Part shown: in pieces, positions 29,080 to 38,609 of the stretch
How positions within the stretch are numbered: the stretch's first letter is position 1
Layout: every line of letters begins with the position of its first letter
IMG/VR virus record: IMGVR_UViG_3300033072_001097
Span: 1 to 64,000 of that record
DNA length: 64,000 nt
Reading direction: 5' to 3' (one strand)
Origin: a virus
Lineage: Duplodnaviria > Caudoviricetes
The notes under the pieces: generated by a model
What the model saw: the letters and a program-made list of their open reading frames with translations, nothing else
What the model was told of the DNA's origin: nothing
The model's database searches: none
Translations under genes and position numbers: made by a program

Positions 29080-30180
29080 ATGAAACACCTAGGCATAGAT
29101 ATTGGCACACGCACAGTAGTACTAGCATATCGCGACGGCGACGGGAAAGTCCATTATATCTCTGAAATCAACGGCTATTGGCCATTTGAACGTGCTACGC
29201 CATTCATCAAAAACATGTTAGATGATCCCAATAAAGTCCGCAGTGATGGAACACAACGGCCAGCTCGCTGGATCGAAATGCCCGACACAGGCCAAGCTAT
29301 CGTGCTCGGCCAAGACGCAGAAGAATTTGCGTATGCCAAGAATGACACGCTGTGTCGCCCTATGGCTGAAGGCGGGATAACCGCCGATGAGGAAGCCATG
29401 ACTGTGTTGGGGAGTATCGTCCAAGGTCTGATGGAAATGGCCGAAAATGAAGTGGGCAAATTCGACGGTGATATACAAGTTTGTTATTGTACAACCGCTC
29501 CAGCTCTCAATAAAGACATCAACGTGGATTACCACGAGCGTGTGATTAATATTGTTATTGACGGCTATCAAACCAAGGCGAAAATTAGGCGTAAGGCTAT
29601 CCGTGAATCTCATGCGATTGTCATTAATATGAGCCCCGATGGTACTGGGATTGGTATTTCATGGGGTGCTGGAACCGTCACGGTTAGCTATGTGAAGTAT
29701 GGTATCGAAATATTTTCATTCTGTTGGGTTGGTGCTGGTGATTGGATCGACGAGCAAGTTGCGATTCGTCACGGTTATAGCCAACACGCCTCCAAAATCC
29801 GCAAGAAGACAGCTAAAGAGACTCCTACGACTGTTTCCAAGCGGAAAATGAGCGTCGATTTGACACCAGGTAAGGAACCAGATGATAGAGTTGGTTTAGA
29901 TATTGTACTACATTACGATGTATTGATTAGTACGGTGATTGATGGTATCATCAAGGGCTTCGAGGAGAATGAGTCAGAAGCTCGTTTAGATGGTGATGCT
30001 ATTAATGTGTATATGGCTGGCGGGACTAGTTCGCCCAAGGGCTTTGGGAAGCGTGTGGCTAAGAAGTTCGATGAATTAGAGGTGCCTTTCGAGATTGGCA
30101 CTATTACTTGTTCTGATATACCTTTATATTGTGTGGCTACCGGTTGCTTAGAAGCAGCTGAAAAGGGTATTGTTGGGTAG
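29080..30180 (+). CDS. Actin-like ATPase (volactin/MamK-like)
   Basis: GIDIGT, RPMAEGG, GISWGAGT, GAGDWIDE, AGGTS, PLYCVATG; AGGAG RBS; frame is open upstream with a Pro-rich stretch. Confidence 0.85.
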   Translation: MKHLGIDIGTRTVVLAYRDGDGKVHYISEINGYWPFERATPFIKNMLDDPNKVRSDGTQRPARWIEMPDTGQAIVLGQDAEEFAYAKNDTLCRPMAEGGITADEEAMTVLGSIVQGLMEMAENEVGKFDGDIQVCYCTTAPALNKDINVDYHERVINIVIDGYQTKAKIRRKAIRESHAIVINMSPDGTGIGISWGAGTVTVSYVKYGIEIFSFCWVGAGDWIDEQVAIRHGYSQHASKIRKKTAKETPTTVSKRKMSVDLTPGKEPDDRVGLDIVLHYDVLISTVIDGIIKGFEENESEARLDGDAINVYMAGGTSSPKGFGKRVAKKFDELEVPFEIGTITCSDIPLYCVATGCLEAAEKGIVG

Positions 30181-30294
30181 GCTAATGAAAGATTATACGC
30201 CGTTTGTGGTTACAGTGGTTCTTATGCTACTGGGGGTATGGAAGATCGTTGATATTATTATGTGGTTAATGTCGCATTTAGCGTGGGTTAGCTA

Positions 30295-30573
30295 ATGGAT
30301 CGCGACGAAATAATGCAATTAGCTGCTGATAAGGCTATCAAGGAACTCAGTTGGGATAGTATTGAGTTTTTGTTTCGTCCAGCCACTCTGTTTGAATTGC
30401 TTTTGCGGACTGACTTCGATAATATGGTGCGAAAGACAAATGAATGGGTAGCTGATCCCAGTGTTTTACCGTGGAATTCTTATTATTCATCAGAACAATT
30501 GCGTATTATACGACGAGCGATTCAAGTAGAAGAATTCTATCGTTTGTTGTGTAGTATGCGGGATAAGCCATGA
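30295..30573 (+). CDS. Hypothetical protein
   Basis: ORF with ATGA overlap to the next gene. Confidence 0.55.
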   Translation: MDRDEIMQLAADKAIKELSWDSIEFLFRPATLFELLLRTDFDNMVRKTNEWVADPSVLPWNSYYSSEQLRIIRRAIQVEEFYRLLCSMRDKP

Positions 30574-31550
30574 TTAGATTAGATATTCGGGCTACATGCG
30601 GTTATTATTCAAGCAATCATATTAAATGCTTATTGCGATTAGAACCGGAGTTACGCAATTTAGGCATCGAATTTGTCACGCATAATGGTGATATCCAACT
30701 AATCCAATGTGTCTCTGATGTTGCTCATCTTGTCGATAGAAACATACCAACAATATTACAAGATATTTATTTAGGCCCGGAAATATATTGGCATGGTCTT
30801 CGCGAATTCATGCTAAGGGACAACGTCAAAGCGGTCTTGAAAACGTCCAAGTTCGTTGATCCGGCGATGTACGACATGCGTTTTCAAGATGATATGAAGC
30901 ACGTAGCTGTATTGGCGAGAAACGAACAAGTGCGTGCGTATGGTACTAATATCAGCCATGTTTATCATAAAGTACATGTTTTTGCGAATTTAATAGCTTG
31001 GGATCACTTTCAACATTCTTGGCAACCGCCTGATCTGGATGCCCGTCGTGATATTGATGTCAATATTATGCTTGGTAATATCGATGAGCATGCTTATCCC
31101 GTTGAAGAGACTCGTTCGCATAGATGGGCTGCGCTCTACGAAGTTAAAAAGTTGTTTCTTAAATATCCTCATTTGAAAGTATATCTGCGCACGCCACAAG
31201 ACAAATACTTGAATGGTGGTGAATATCATCAGGTTATGCAAAACAGCAAGGTTTGTTTATCACCGTGGGGTTATGATATTACGTGTTGGCGTGATTATGA
31301 GTGTGCGTTGTGCGGTGTGCTTGTTATTAGACCGCATATGCCTTGGGCAACCACTTGGCCAGAGTTGCCTATAATCACATGTGAACCAGATTTATCGAAT
31401 TTCGAAGATGTTGTGATGGCCGTGTTATCGAATTTTAGTGGTTATCGCACACAAAGATTGACAGCGTACAATACAGCTTCATTAGGTATGGACAATAAAG
31501 TGTTAGCAAAGAGGTTGGCCGATATCATCAAATTAAGTCTGTATTCATGA
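30570..31550 (+). CDS. GT-B type glycosyltransferase
   Basis: YHQVMQNSKVCLSPWG...WRDYECALCG. Confidence 0.7.
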   Translation: MIRLDIRATCGYYSSNHIKCLLRLEPELRNLGIEFVTHNGDIQLIQCVSDVAHLVDRNIPTILQDIYLGPEIYWHGLREFMLRDNVKAVLKTSKFVDPAMYDMRFQDDMKHVAVLARNEQVRAYGTNISHVYHKVHVFANLIAWDHFQHSWQPPDLDARRDIDVNIMLGNIDEHAYPVEETRSHRWAALYEVKKLFLKYPHLKVYLRTPQDKYLNGGEYHQVMQNSKVCLSPWGYDITCWRDYECALCGVLVIRPHMPWATTWPELPIITCEPDLSNFEDVVMAVLSNFSGYRTQRLTAYNTASLGMDNKVLAKRLADIIKLSLYS

Positions 31551-32833
31551 ATTCTATACAATTATTGAATATTCTAATTGATAGATATGGATATAAGTCA
31601 TACGCCGGTTTTAATGAATTCACAGATGTGGAATGCTACAGACCGACGCACGGGCTACCAAAACATTTTGATATTATTCATCTAGATTGTTCTACGCCGA
31701 CCATCGAGCAGAATATTCAATTAGCTTTAGGGTATTTAAATCAATATGGTTGCTTAGTCTTGCAAAATTGTTTCACACAGATAGCCAGCATTTGGCGGCT
31801 CATAGTTCAGTTACGGCAATTGAATAATCTAGATACGATGGTTGTCAGTGAAGATGGCGGTATCGGGCTGGTTTTTAAAGTTCCTAATACTGATATATTA
31901 TCAAACGATATTGGTGATACAGAGCGATGTTGTGTAGAATGGTTACGGATAATTTCCGTTAATGACTTGTTGGGTGTGTTACCAGCACCACGTAATCATC
32001 GCAATATTACTGTTTCTGTCGATGCCGCGTGGGGTCGGATAGGTCACCAGTTTAATGATATTATGACAGGCCCGATAGTAGCCGAGCTATTTGGATTGAA
32101 GTTTTGCTACAAGGGCTTCAGTGATTTAGATTCAAATATTAATAATTTTATTAATTTGGCGGATTTCTATGGTAGATTGGATAATGAGAACCCGGTGTTG
32201 GCATTATCCACTTATTTAAATGCACGTAAGTGGTCTGGGATGAGCCTCGAGTTTTTACGCAGATATGTGCGTGTTATTCCGGTTAACACGAATTTGGTGT
32301 TCCGGGAGTCTACTTTTTTCAGTATGAATTCTTTATTGTTGGCTGAACAACGACACGATGTTTTGCCGGGAACGCATGCAAAATTGTTGAAGCAGCTGCG
32401 TGAGTATATTGTTCAAACCCATCTATATAAGTTGTTTAACTCTGATTTTGCCGACAATTCTGTAGTTAACGTGGCTGTGTATGTGCGAGGAGGTGGTAAA
32501 ATTCGAGATAATGCCGGTTATGAATATAGCAAAGCAATATATGACCGCATTCTAGAACGTATCAGGCAAGACTATGAAGGCAAACAGTTGCGTGTTGTGT
32601 ACTATACGCAAGGTCCTATTTCGGATTTAGTTGGTGATTATAGTGAAGAAGATGTTGTTATTTGCGATGATGAGTATCCTAGGATATATGAAATAATTAA
32701 AACTTTTTTGACTGTCGATGTTTTTGTAGCTGGTAATTCTGGTTTCTCCACAACTATTTCGATGTGGAGGGATGGCCCTACATATTGTTCATCCAATCGT
32801 TTTGCATTAAATGGTGATAATATAATTATATAA
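31547..32833 (+). CDS. Methyltransferase-like N-terminus fused to a fucosyltransferase-like domain
   Basis: FDIIHLD..LNQYGCLVL; GRIGHQF, VAVYVRGG, DVFVAGNSGFS. Confidence 0.55.
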   Translation: MNSIQLLNILIDRYGYKSYAGFNEFTDVECYRPTHGLPKHFDIIHLDCSTPTIEQNIQLALGYLNQYGCLVLQNCFTQIASIWRLIVQLRQLNNLDTMVVSEDGGIGLVFKVPNTDILSNDIGDTERCCVEWLRIISVNDLLGVLPAPRNHRNITVSVDAAWGRIGHQFNDIMTGPIVAELFGLKFCYKGFSDLDSNINNFINLADFYGRLDNENPVLALSTYLNARKWSGMSLEFLRRYVRVIPVNTNLVFRESTFFSMNSLLLAEQRHDVLPGTHAKLLKQLREYIVQTHLYKLFNSDFADNSVVNVAVYVRGGGKIRDNAGYEYSKAIYDRILERIRQDYEGKQLRVVYYTQGPISDLVGDYSEEDVVICDDEYPRIYEIIKTFLTVDVFVAGNSGFSTTISMWRDGPTYCSSNRFALNGDNIII

Positions 32834-33710
32834 TTTGTGTGTCTATCGTTTGAGATAGGCAATCTTTTAGTCCTAGAGATGCCAGCTTTTTCCGCATTTT
32901 GTGTAGGGCTATTCTATAATAATTGTAGTAATCAAATAAATGAGTGTCTTTACCGCATTCTATGAGTGTGACGGTGATTTCGGAATAGTGGATGAACACT
33001 ATTGGCATTCCACAAATTAAGGTGGTACTATTCACTCGTTCTCTGGCGAGTGAATCGGCGTTCCATCCTGCCACATTACACCCGTAGTGTTTCAATACTT
33101 CTACGTTATCGAAGTAGATTGGTGCTAGATCCAAATATCGTTGATCGACATAGGTATAAGCTTTTTCCGATCTGGTGCATTCTATGGCACACATTTCTGC
33201 CCACCACGTCAGCATCTTTTCACAACCGGCACCAAATCCGACAAACCCAGCATTATAGATTCCATGTTTGAAATTAAACATGAAGTTGATGTTGAACGGG
33301 CTGATTTGCCGCCAATGTGGGGTGAGAATAACAGATGCCGTCTGTAATTTGTCCATTATGAATTGATAATCTCCGTAGAAGCAGAGATCGCAATCTACAT
33401 AACAGATGATCGGATGTTCTTTTCGCAGGTAACTGATGAAAATTGGCTTCAACGACCATCGTAATTCATCTACAGTCCTGGCATATTTGTTAGCTATGAT
33501 TCGTGCTATACATTGATCTGGCTCACTGATTACCTCTTCCATATCATATACATGGAAGTCAGGAAATATTTTCAACTGGTCGATCGTTTTGGGTTTATAA
33601 TCCACCACCAAGACATGCATTGTAGTTGGCGCGAAAGTATTCAAAGACTCGTGTAAAACGAGTGCTTTATCAATATGATTGGTTGTTACGATGGTCGCAA
33701 AATGATGCAT
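32826..33710 (-). CDS. GT-A glycosyltransferase (GT8-like)
   Basis: Start MHHFATIV with GGAG RBS; YVDCDLCFY, LTPH, YNAGFV, DQRYLDL, NVAGWN. Confidence 0.8.
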   Translation of the reverse strand: MHHFATIVTTNHIDKALVLHESLNTFAPTTMHVLVVDYKPKTIDQLKIFPDFHVYDMEEVISEPDQCIARIIANKYARTVDELRWSLKPIFISYLRKEHPIICYVDCDLCFYGDYQFIMDKLQTASVILTPHWRQISPFNINFMFNFKHGIYNAGFVGFGAGCEKMLTWWAEMCAIECTRSEKAYTYVDQRYLDLAPIYFDNVEVLKHYGCNVAGWNADSLARERVNSTTLICGMPIVFIHYSEITVTLIECGKDTHLFDYYNYYRIALHKMRKKLASLGLKDCLSQTIDTQII

Positions 33711-33726
33711 AATTGTCTCCTGTAAA

Positions 33727-34833
33727 CTATTTATCCACAACCAGATTATCGCGCCAGTCTTTATATTGTGGTGTTGTGAAAGCATTCCAAAATACCGGTA
33801 GCTTTGCGCCCATTCGATAGTATTTATCGCTGATATAACTGGTTGAGAATCCCAATTTTGAAAAATAGTGATGCAGTGTGTCGTCTGGCTGATTCGTGCC
33901 AATATATAATATGTCGATAGTGTTGCCGTGCTGGATGAATTGTAGATTGAGATAAGTTGCGTGTAGTCGGTTGGCTAATTCTAGGTCGAAAACAGTTTGG
34001 CCATTTTTAGTGACGCTGTGTGCGATATGTGGCACAAACTGAAATTGTTGATACTTTCGTCCACATGCACACTGTCGAATCGCTGCCTCGATATGCATAT
34101 GATCATCAATTGGCCACAATGCCGGTCTGCTCAGATTTAACAGGTTGACGATACCGTTTGTTGTCGGTATGAATGTTGGTAAGAAATGTTTGGTCCCATG
34201 TTCACAAGTATAAAAATTCATGGTAGTGGTCCAATTTACCATATTATTATTAAAATGGATATTAGGTGGCGGTGTTTTATAAAATCCCTCCCAGTTGGTT
34301 GAAGTTGCCATTGTTGGTGTATGTTGGCACAGATACTCGCGAAATCGTTGCGACGATAAGAGATATAGCCAGTTATTAGGATTAGTTGATATAGCATATT
34401 CTTCTAATGCTGATAATCTCGTAATCAGAAAGTCCAGACCATTCGGTTTGTGCAGTGGTGCTGAAATAATATGATGAACGGCGTCTTCGCGAATTTGCGA
34501 TGGTGGTATTCTTTGATGATCACAAACGCCACCCATATATGGTATAGCCATAATTGATACGAATTTATTTTGCCGACGACATTTGATGAAGTCTTCGATT
34601 TGTGTTAACCAAAATTCAGTGTGCGGGCCGAATGTAAAATATCTGATATACCCGGATGTGCCATTACTAGCTAGAGAATAATCCGATAAGTGTAACTGCG
34701 GAGCTAGTTTACACCGATATTCTAACAGTTCTGTGAATGGTTCTGAATAATCATATTCCGCAATTTTGGTCCATAATTGTTTTGCTAATTTGAGAGTTGG
34801 GCTCTGGTAGTATCGTAGATAGGCGTCAATCAT
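33727..34833 (-). CDS. PaaK/CapK-like adenylate-forming ligase (copy 2)
   Basis: ASNGTSG, PNNWLYLLS, STNWEGF, CACGRKY; paralog of 8819..9940. Confidence 0.6.
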   Translation of the reverse strand: MIDAYLRYYQSPTLKLAKQLWTKIAEYDYSEPFTELLEYRCKLAPQLHLSDYSLASNGTSGYIRYFTFGPHTEFWLTQIEDFIKCRRQNKFVSIMAIPYMGGVCDHQRIPPSQIREDAVHHIISAPLHKPNGLDFLITRLSALEEYAISTNPNNWLYLLSSQRFREYLCQHTPTMATSTNWEGFYKTPPPNIHFNNNMVNWTTTMNFYTCEHGTKHFLPTFIPTTNGIVNLLNLSRPALWPIDDHMHIEAAIRQCACGRKYQQFQFVPHIAHSVTKNGQTVFDLELANRLHATYLNLQFIQHGNTIDILYIGTNQPDDTLHHYFSKLGFSTSYISDKYYRMGAKLPVFWNAFTTPQYKDWRDNLVVDK

Positions 34834-35104
34834 CTTCTAATTCGGCTGCTGGGATACTGGCTGAAATAGCACATTCAGTCCCGTTCCACCCTGTACCACC
34901 CGCTGTACAAAATGTGCAGCTGCAATATGCATTGGCTATTGCGTAATCGCTGCCCCAGGAGGATGCTTGGACATTTCCGCTGGCCAACTCCGCTTGGCGG
35001 CGGCGTTGCACAAAGATGACTACTTCATCATTACTGGGTAGGCCGAGTTGAACCCTCTCGATTTCGGTGAAATATTCTTGTCGGACGAGTGGTGAGTGAC
35101 TCAT
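34826..35104 (-). CDS. Putative RiPP precursor peptide (copy 2), 92 aa
   Basis: Leader FTEIERVQLGLP..EVVIFV; C-terminus YCSCTFCTAGGTGWNGTEC; overlaps both neighbours. Confidence 0.55.
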   Translation of the reverse strand: MSHSPLVRQEYFTEIERVQLGLPSNDEVVIFVQRRRQAELASGNVQASSWGSDYAIANAYCSCTFCTAGGTGWNGTECAISASIPAAELEDD

Positions 35105-36291
35105 ATGTTGATATGCCTTTCATCTGGTTTGTTAACTTGTGGGATCAGATTACCTTCTTTTGCCAGCGATTCAACATGCGCTATTAGGCCATGCTGATCA
35201 CAATATTTACTGAGATTATGTCCAGTGTTTTCGACTACCGTGCATCCACCCCAGCAATATCCTACTACTGGACATTCTTTACATTTCGGATCGTTAAACA
35301 CTGGCATCGTGTTTAAAGTAAGTTTGGCTTGTTGTTTTTCCAACGTTTCGAGATCGTCGTATATCGTTCCTATCGGAGTATATGTATAATAATCGCTGAA
35401 TATATTTCCTGAGCAATCAGTTAAATAAATATGTTGTCGATACTTACAACAACATCGTTGGCTGAGTCGCGGTTGCCGCAAACCGCTGATATACATGTCA
35501 CTAGGTTGTGGATGTAATTTGGTTGGTGATATCGTTCCAATATTTATTCGGTCATAAGCAACGCCGAACCGTACGATCATTTCATAGACTGCTAAGCGGT
35601 TCTCCAGTGTGTTGAATTCGTCTTTTAGACAAGCTTGGACTTCGATCTTGTCTTTGAGCCCTGCTAATACTAATTTGCGTAGATTTGACATGCTCACTTC
35701 GAATGGATTTATATGCCCATTTAATGGGATTCTTTGCGTATTGTGTTGTTCTTCTAGGCCGTCTATGCTTACGCCTATAGAATACAATTTCCGCAAGAAG
35801 TCGATGTGTTCTTCTGTTAGTTCGACTGCCAAATTTGTGTATAGACTAAATCTGGTTTCTAGTCCTTCAATAGATGATATAGAATCCATTAATTCCACGC
35901 ACTTGGGGACAGCCAACAAACTTTCCCCACCATAGAATTGGATGGGAAAGTTTGTTGTTCCATATCTCGCCATACACCGCAGTGCAAAATCTTTGATGGC
36001 TGGAACGTCTATTTCCTTTTCTTGTGATCTCACTAATTGATGCTTCACCATACAATGTGTGCATCGTAGATTGCATTCCCAAGTCGGCGCAACGAACAAG
36101 AAAAATGATTTACCCATAGGACGCCGCATGATTTGCCATACCAAAGCATCATGCTCCTGACCAGCTAGGAAGAACTTGGAGTGAAAGCGATCTATAGTTG
36201 CATCAATTGGTAAATGTCGCCGTGTAACTGTATTAAAATATACTTGTTGATTATTGTGGGTGGTTTGTACAACATATTTCGAAAATCCCAT
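35101..36291 (-). CDS. Radical SAM/SPASM maturase (copy 2)
   Basis: CNLRCTHC, FYGGE, VSIDG, CCCKY...CKECPVVGYCWGGC...C. Confidence 0.9.
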   Translation of the reverse strand: MGFSKYVVQTTHNNQQVYFNTVTRRHLPIDATIDRFHSKFFLAGQEHDALVWQIMRRPMGKSFFLFVAPTWECNLRCTHCMVKHQLVRSQEKEIDVPAIKDFALRCMARYGTTNFPIQFYGGESLLAVPKCVELMDSISSIEGLETRFSLYTNLAVELTEEHIDFLRKLYSIGVSIDGLEEQHNTQRIPLNGHINPFEVSMSNLRKLVLAGLKDKIEVQACLKDEFNTLENRLAVYEMIVRFGVAYDRINIGTISPTKLHPQPSDMYISGLRQPRLSQRCCCKYRQHIYLTDCSGNIFSDYYTYTPIGTIYDDLETLEKQQAKLTLNTMPVFNDPKCKECPVVGYCWGGCTVVENTGHNLSKYCDQHGLIAHVESLAKEGNLIPQVNKPDERHINI

Positions 36292-37007
36292 TACGCATCC
36301 CTAAGAAAAATAACCGGATTAGTAGCAGCGCGACTTTTGGCTACCGTTATCCAATCTACATCGTGCTCTATAGCCCAAATTGAATTCGGATGACTTCGCT
36401 TTTGTACTAATATTTCTGGCACAATATCTATAGCGAACTCTCGATTGAGTCGTAACCAATAATTGTAGTCTTGCGCACATCGGACGGTAGGATCAAAATA
36501 ACCGATTCGTTCAAAAGCCTGCCTAGTGAACATCGCGCCGGGCGACAATACACAATTTTTTTCTGGTAGTAATCTTTCGACTTCATCACCAGTCTGACAC
36601 ACGTCTGCCAGCCAAGCATCTGGTACAACATTTCCATTTTCGTCGATGGCTTCTGCCCAGCAACTTACTAGACCAACTCTGTTGGTCATTAATGCTAACT
36701 CTCTGTTCAATCGGTCTGGGAAAGCGATGTCATCGCCATCGTGTCTGGCGAATATTGTACCAGTGGCTTGGTCGATAGCTATGTTCAGGCATTTGGTTAA
36801 TCCAATGTTGCGTGCAAGTCGGATTATTTTTAGGCGTGGGTCGTAATAACAACGAAGAATATCTTGGACGTCATTATCAGAGCCATCATCTACCAGAATT
36901 ACTTCTAAATCTTTAAGAGTTTGATTTAATATGCTATCTAACGATGCTCGTAAAAATTCTGAGCAATTGTATACAGCCATTATCACGGAAACTAAGGGTG
37001 CGTTCAT
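36291..37007 (-). CDS. Glycosyltransferase family 2
   Basis: VSVIMAVYN, VDDGS, RHDGDD, QDY. Confidence 0.9.
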   Translation of the reverse strand: MNAPLVSVIMAVYNCSEFLRASLDSILNQTLKDLEVILVDDGSDNDVQDILRCYYDPRLKIIRLARNIGLTKCLNIAIDQATGTIFARHDGDDIAFPDRLNRELALMTNRVGLVSCWAEAIDENGNVVPDAWLADVCQTGDEVERLLPEKNCVLSPGAMFTRQAFERIGYFDPTVRCAQDYNYWLRLNREFAIDIVPEILVQKRSHPNSIWAIEHDVDWITVAKSRAATNPVIFLRDA

Positions 37008-37936
37008 AGGTAGACAAAATTACCGACCGGCTCGCGTAATGGTAATTGTTGTTGTACAACATCTGTGACTATTAGCGTGCCGAACCATAATAATCGTTGC
37101 CGGAGCTGAACCACAATGACGTGTCTGTCTAACGCTTGTAGCATCTTATCTACGTCTAACGAGGATGGATGGTCTGAGAATAATAGGTACTCAGCGTTCG
37201 TGTTCCGGATAACATCATTGATCACTCTGAGATCATATGGGATAACCAAATGGGCGTTATTGTCTATGGGGTAGTCACCACTAATCTGGATTAATTTGAC
37301 CTGGTCACAACATACACCTTTGGCTATATGAAACGGGAGGTCGTCAATATTCTTGGAGCGATTTGACTGATGTTCTCTATGGAAATGAATTCCGGTTTGT
37401 TTGGTTGTCGGGCATCCGGCTCGAATTAGCCGTCGCCAAAATACCCAATCTTCGTGGCAATTGAGAGGTGGTGTGGGATAGAAAGCATCACTTATTTCGA
37501 TGCTCTGTCTACTCACTAGACTGGCTACTGCCAAATAATTTTCTTGTGATATACATTGTTGATGATAGAATAGTTTGCGATCGATGTTGCCAAATTGTTG
37601 TACATCGCAATATACGATATTATTGTCTGTTTTGACCGCTAGGCCAGCGGCAATATAGTCATCACTGATAAAGTCGTCAGCGTCTAAGAAACAGACGACT
37701 TCTTTGGTGGTTTGTTCAAATCCAGCTTTGCGACTAAGAAAAGGGTTGCCGTATTGTACCTGTAGATATGGGAGCAGTGTAATGCTAGGTTTGGTCTGGT
37801 CGTATACTATTAATATCTCATCTGGCGGGACTGTTTGGGTGCAAACACTGTCCAGAGCTTTGGGAAGGTATTGATGATATTCATCACAGCATGTGATGAC
37901 AACGCTGACAGTGCGTTTGTGGTTGTCTAATATCAT
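37004..37936 (-). CDS. Glycosyltransferase family 2
   Basis: VSVVIT, FLDADD, EDWVFW. Confidence 0.85.
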   Translation of the reverse strand: MILDNHKRTVSVVITCCDEYHQYLPKALDSVCTQTVPPDEILIVYDQTKPSITLLPYLQVQYGNPFLSRKAGFEQTTKEVVCFLDADDFISDDYIAAGLAVKTDNNIVYCDVQQFGNIDRKLFYHQQCISQENYLAVASLVSRQSIEISDAFYPTPPLNCHEDWVFWRRLIRAGCPTTKQTGIHFHREHQSNRSKNIDDLPFHIAKGVCCDQVKLIQISGDYPIDNNAHLVIPYDLRVINDVIRNTNAEYLLFSDHPSSLDVDKMLQALDRHVIVVQLRQRLLWFGTLIVTDVVQQQLPLREPVGNFVYL

Positions 37937-38609
37937 GATTATTCAGTATGTTGAAGGTGAAGTTACTATCTTTGAAGTGAATGGGAAGATATATTATTTC
38001 AGAGATTCACCGAATTTTCCAGAATTGTTTGACGATCAGTTACACAAGTTGATTGTTCCGAATCTGGATCATTGGATTCAAGCTGCCACTGATCAGCGGC
38101 ATTCCTTGCGTGGGTTACAAGATATGAGTGTTGCGTTCTTAGCTGGTCTTCATTGTGGTGTTTCCGATCAGGATGCACATATTTTAGTTAATAATACAAT
38201 CAATGCGACTAGACAAATGATTTTCCACACGGATCTTGCTAATCGCTATGGGCGTATGTATTTCATTGAGTTGATTGACCCAACCAAAATTGAATCTGTG
38301 CATACAAAGTCTATTGCGGCAAATTTTGATAAGTTGTTAGAAAAATGCGGTCGCACAAAGTTGTATAATTATCTATGTAGGTTTTGGCAAGCATGTAATT
38401 ATACATTGCCGAGTGTGGCGGCTGTTTTTGAGGCTTTTATACGCCGATTGGGTTTACAACCGACGACTCCTGAATATCCAGAGACTGGTGATTTAGATAA
38501 TGAATTGAAAGAGAAAGTGTGTCGGATGGTGTTTAGGAAAATGTCGGTTTATCACATTTCAGATGAAATGATTATCAATGCCAGAAGAATTCAAACCCGA
38601 AGAATATAA
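37935..38609 (+). CDS. Hypothetical protein
   Basis: ORF leading into the dnaE operon; probable start MIIQYV. Confidence 0.6.
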   Translation: MIIQYVEGEVTIFEVNGKIYYFRDSPNFPELFDDQLHKLIVPNLDHWIQAATDQRHSLRGLQDMSVAFLAGLHCGVSDQDAHILVNNTINATRQMIFHTDLANRYGRMYFIELIDPTKIESVHTKSIAANFDKLLEKCGRTKLYNYLCRFWQACNYTLPSVAAVFEAFIRRLGLQPTTPEYPETGDLDNELKEKVCRMVFRKMSVYHISDEMIINARRIQTRRI

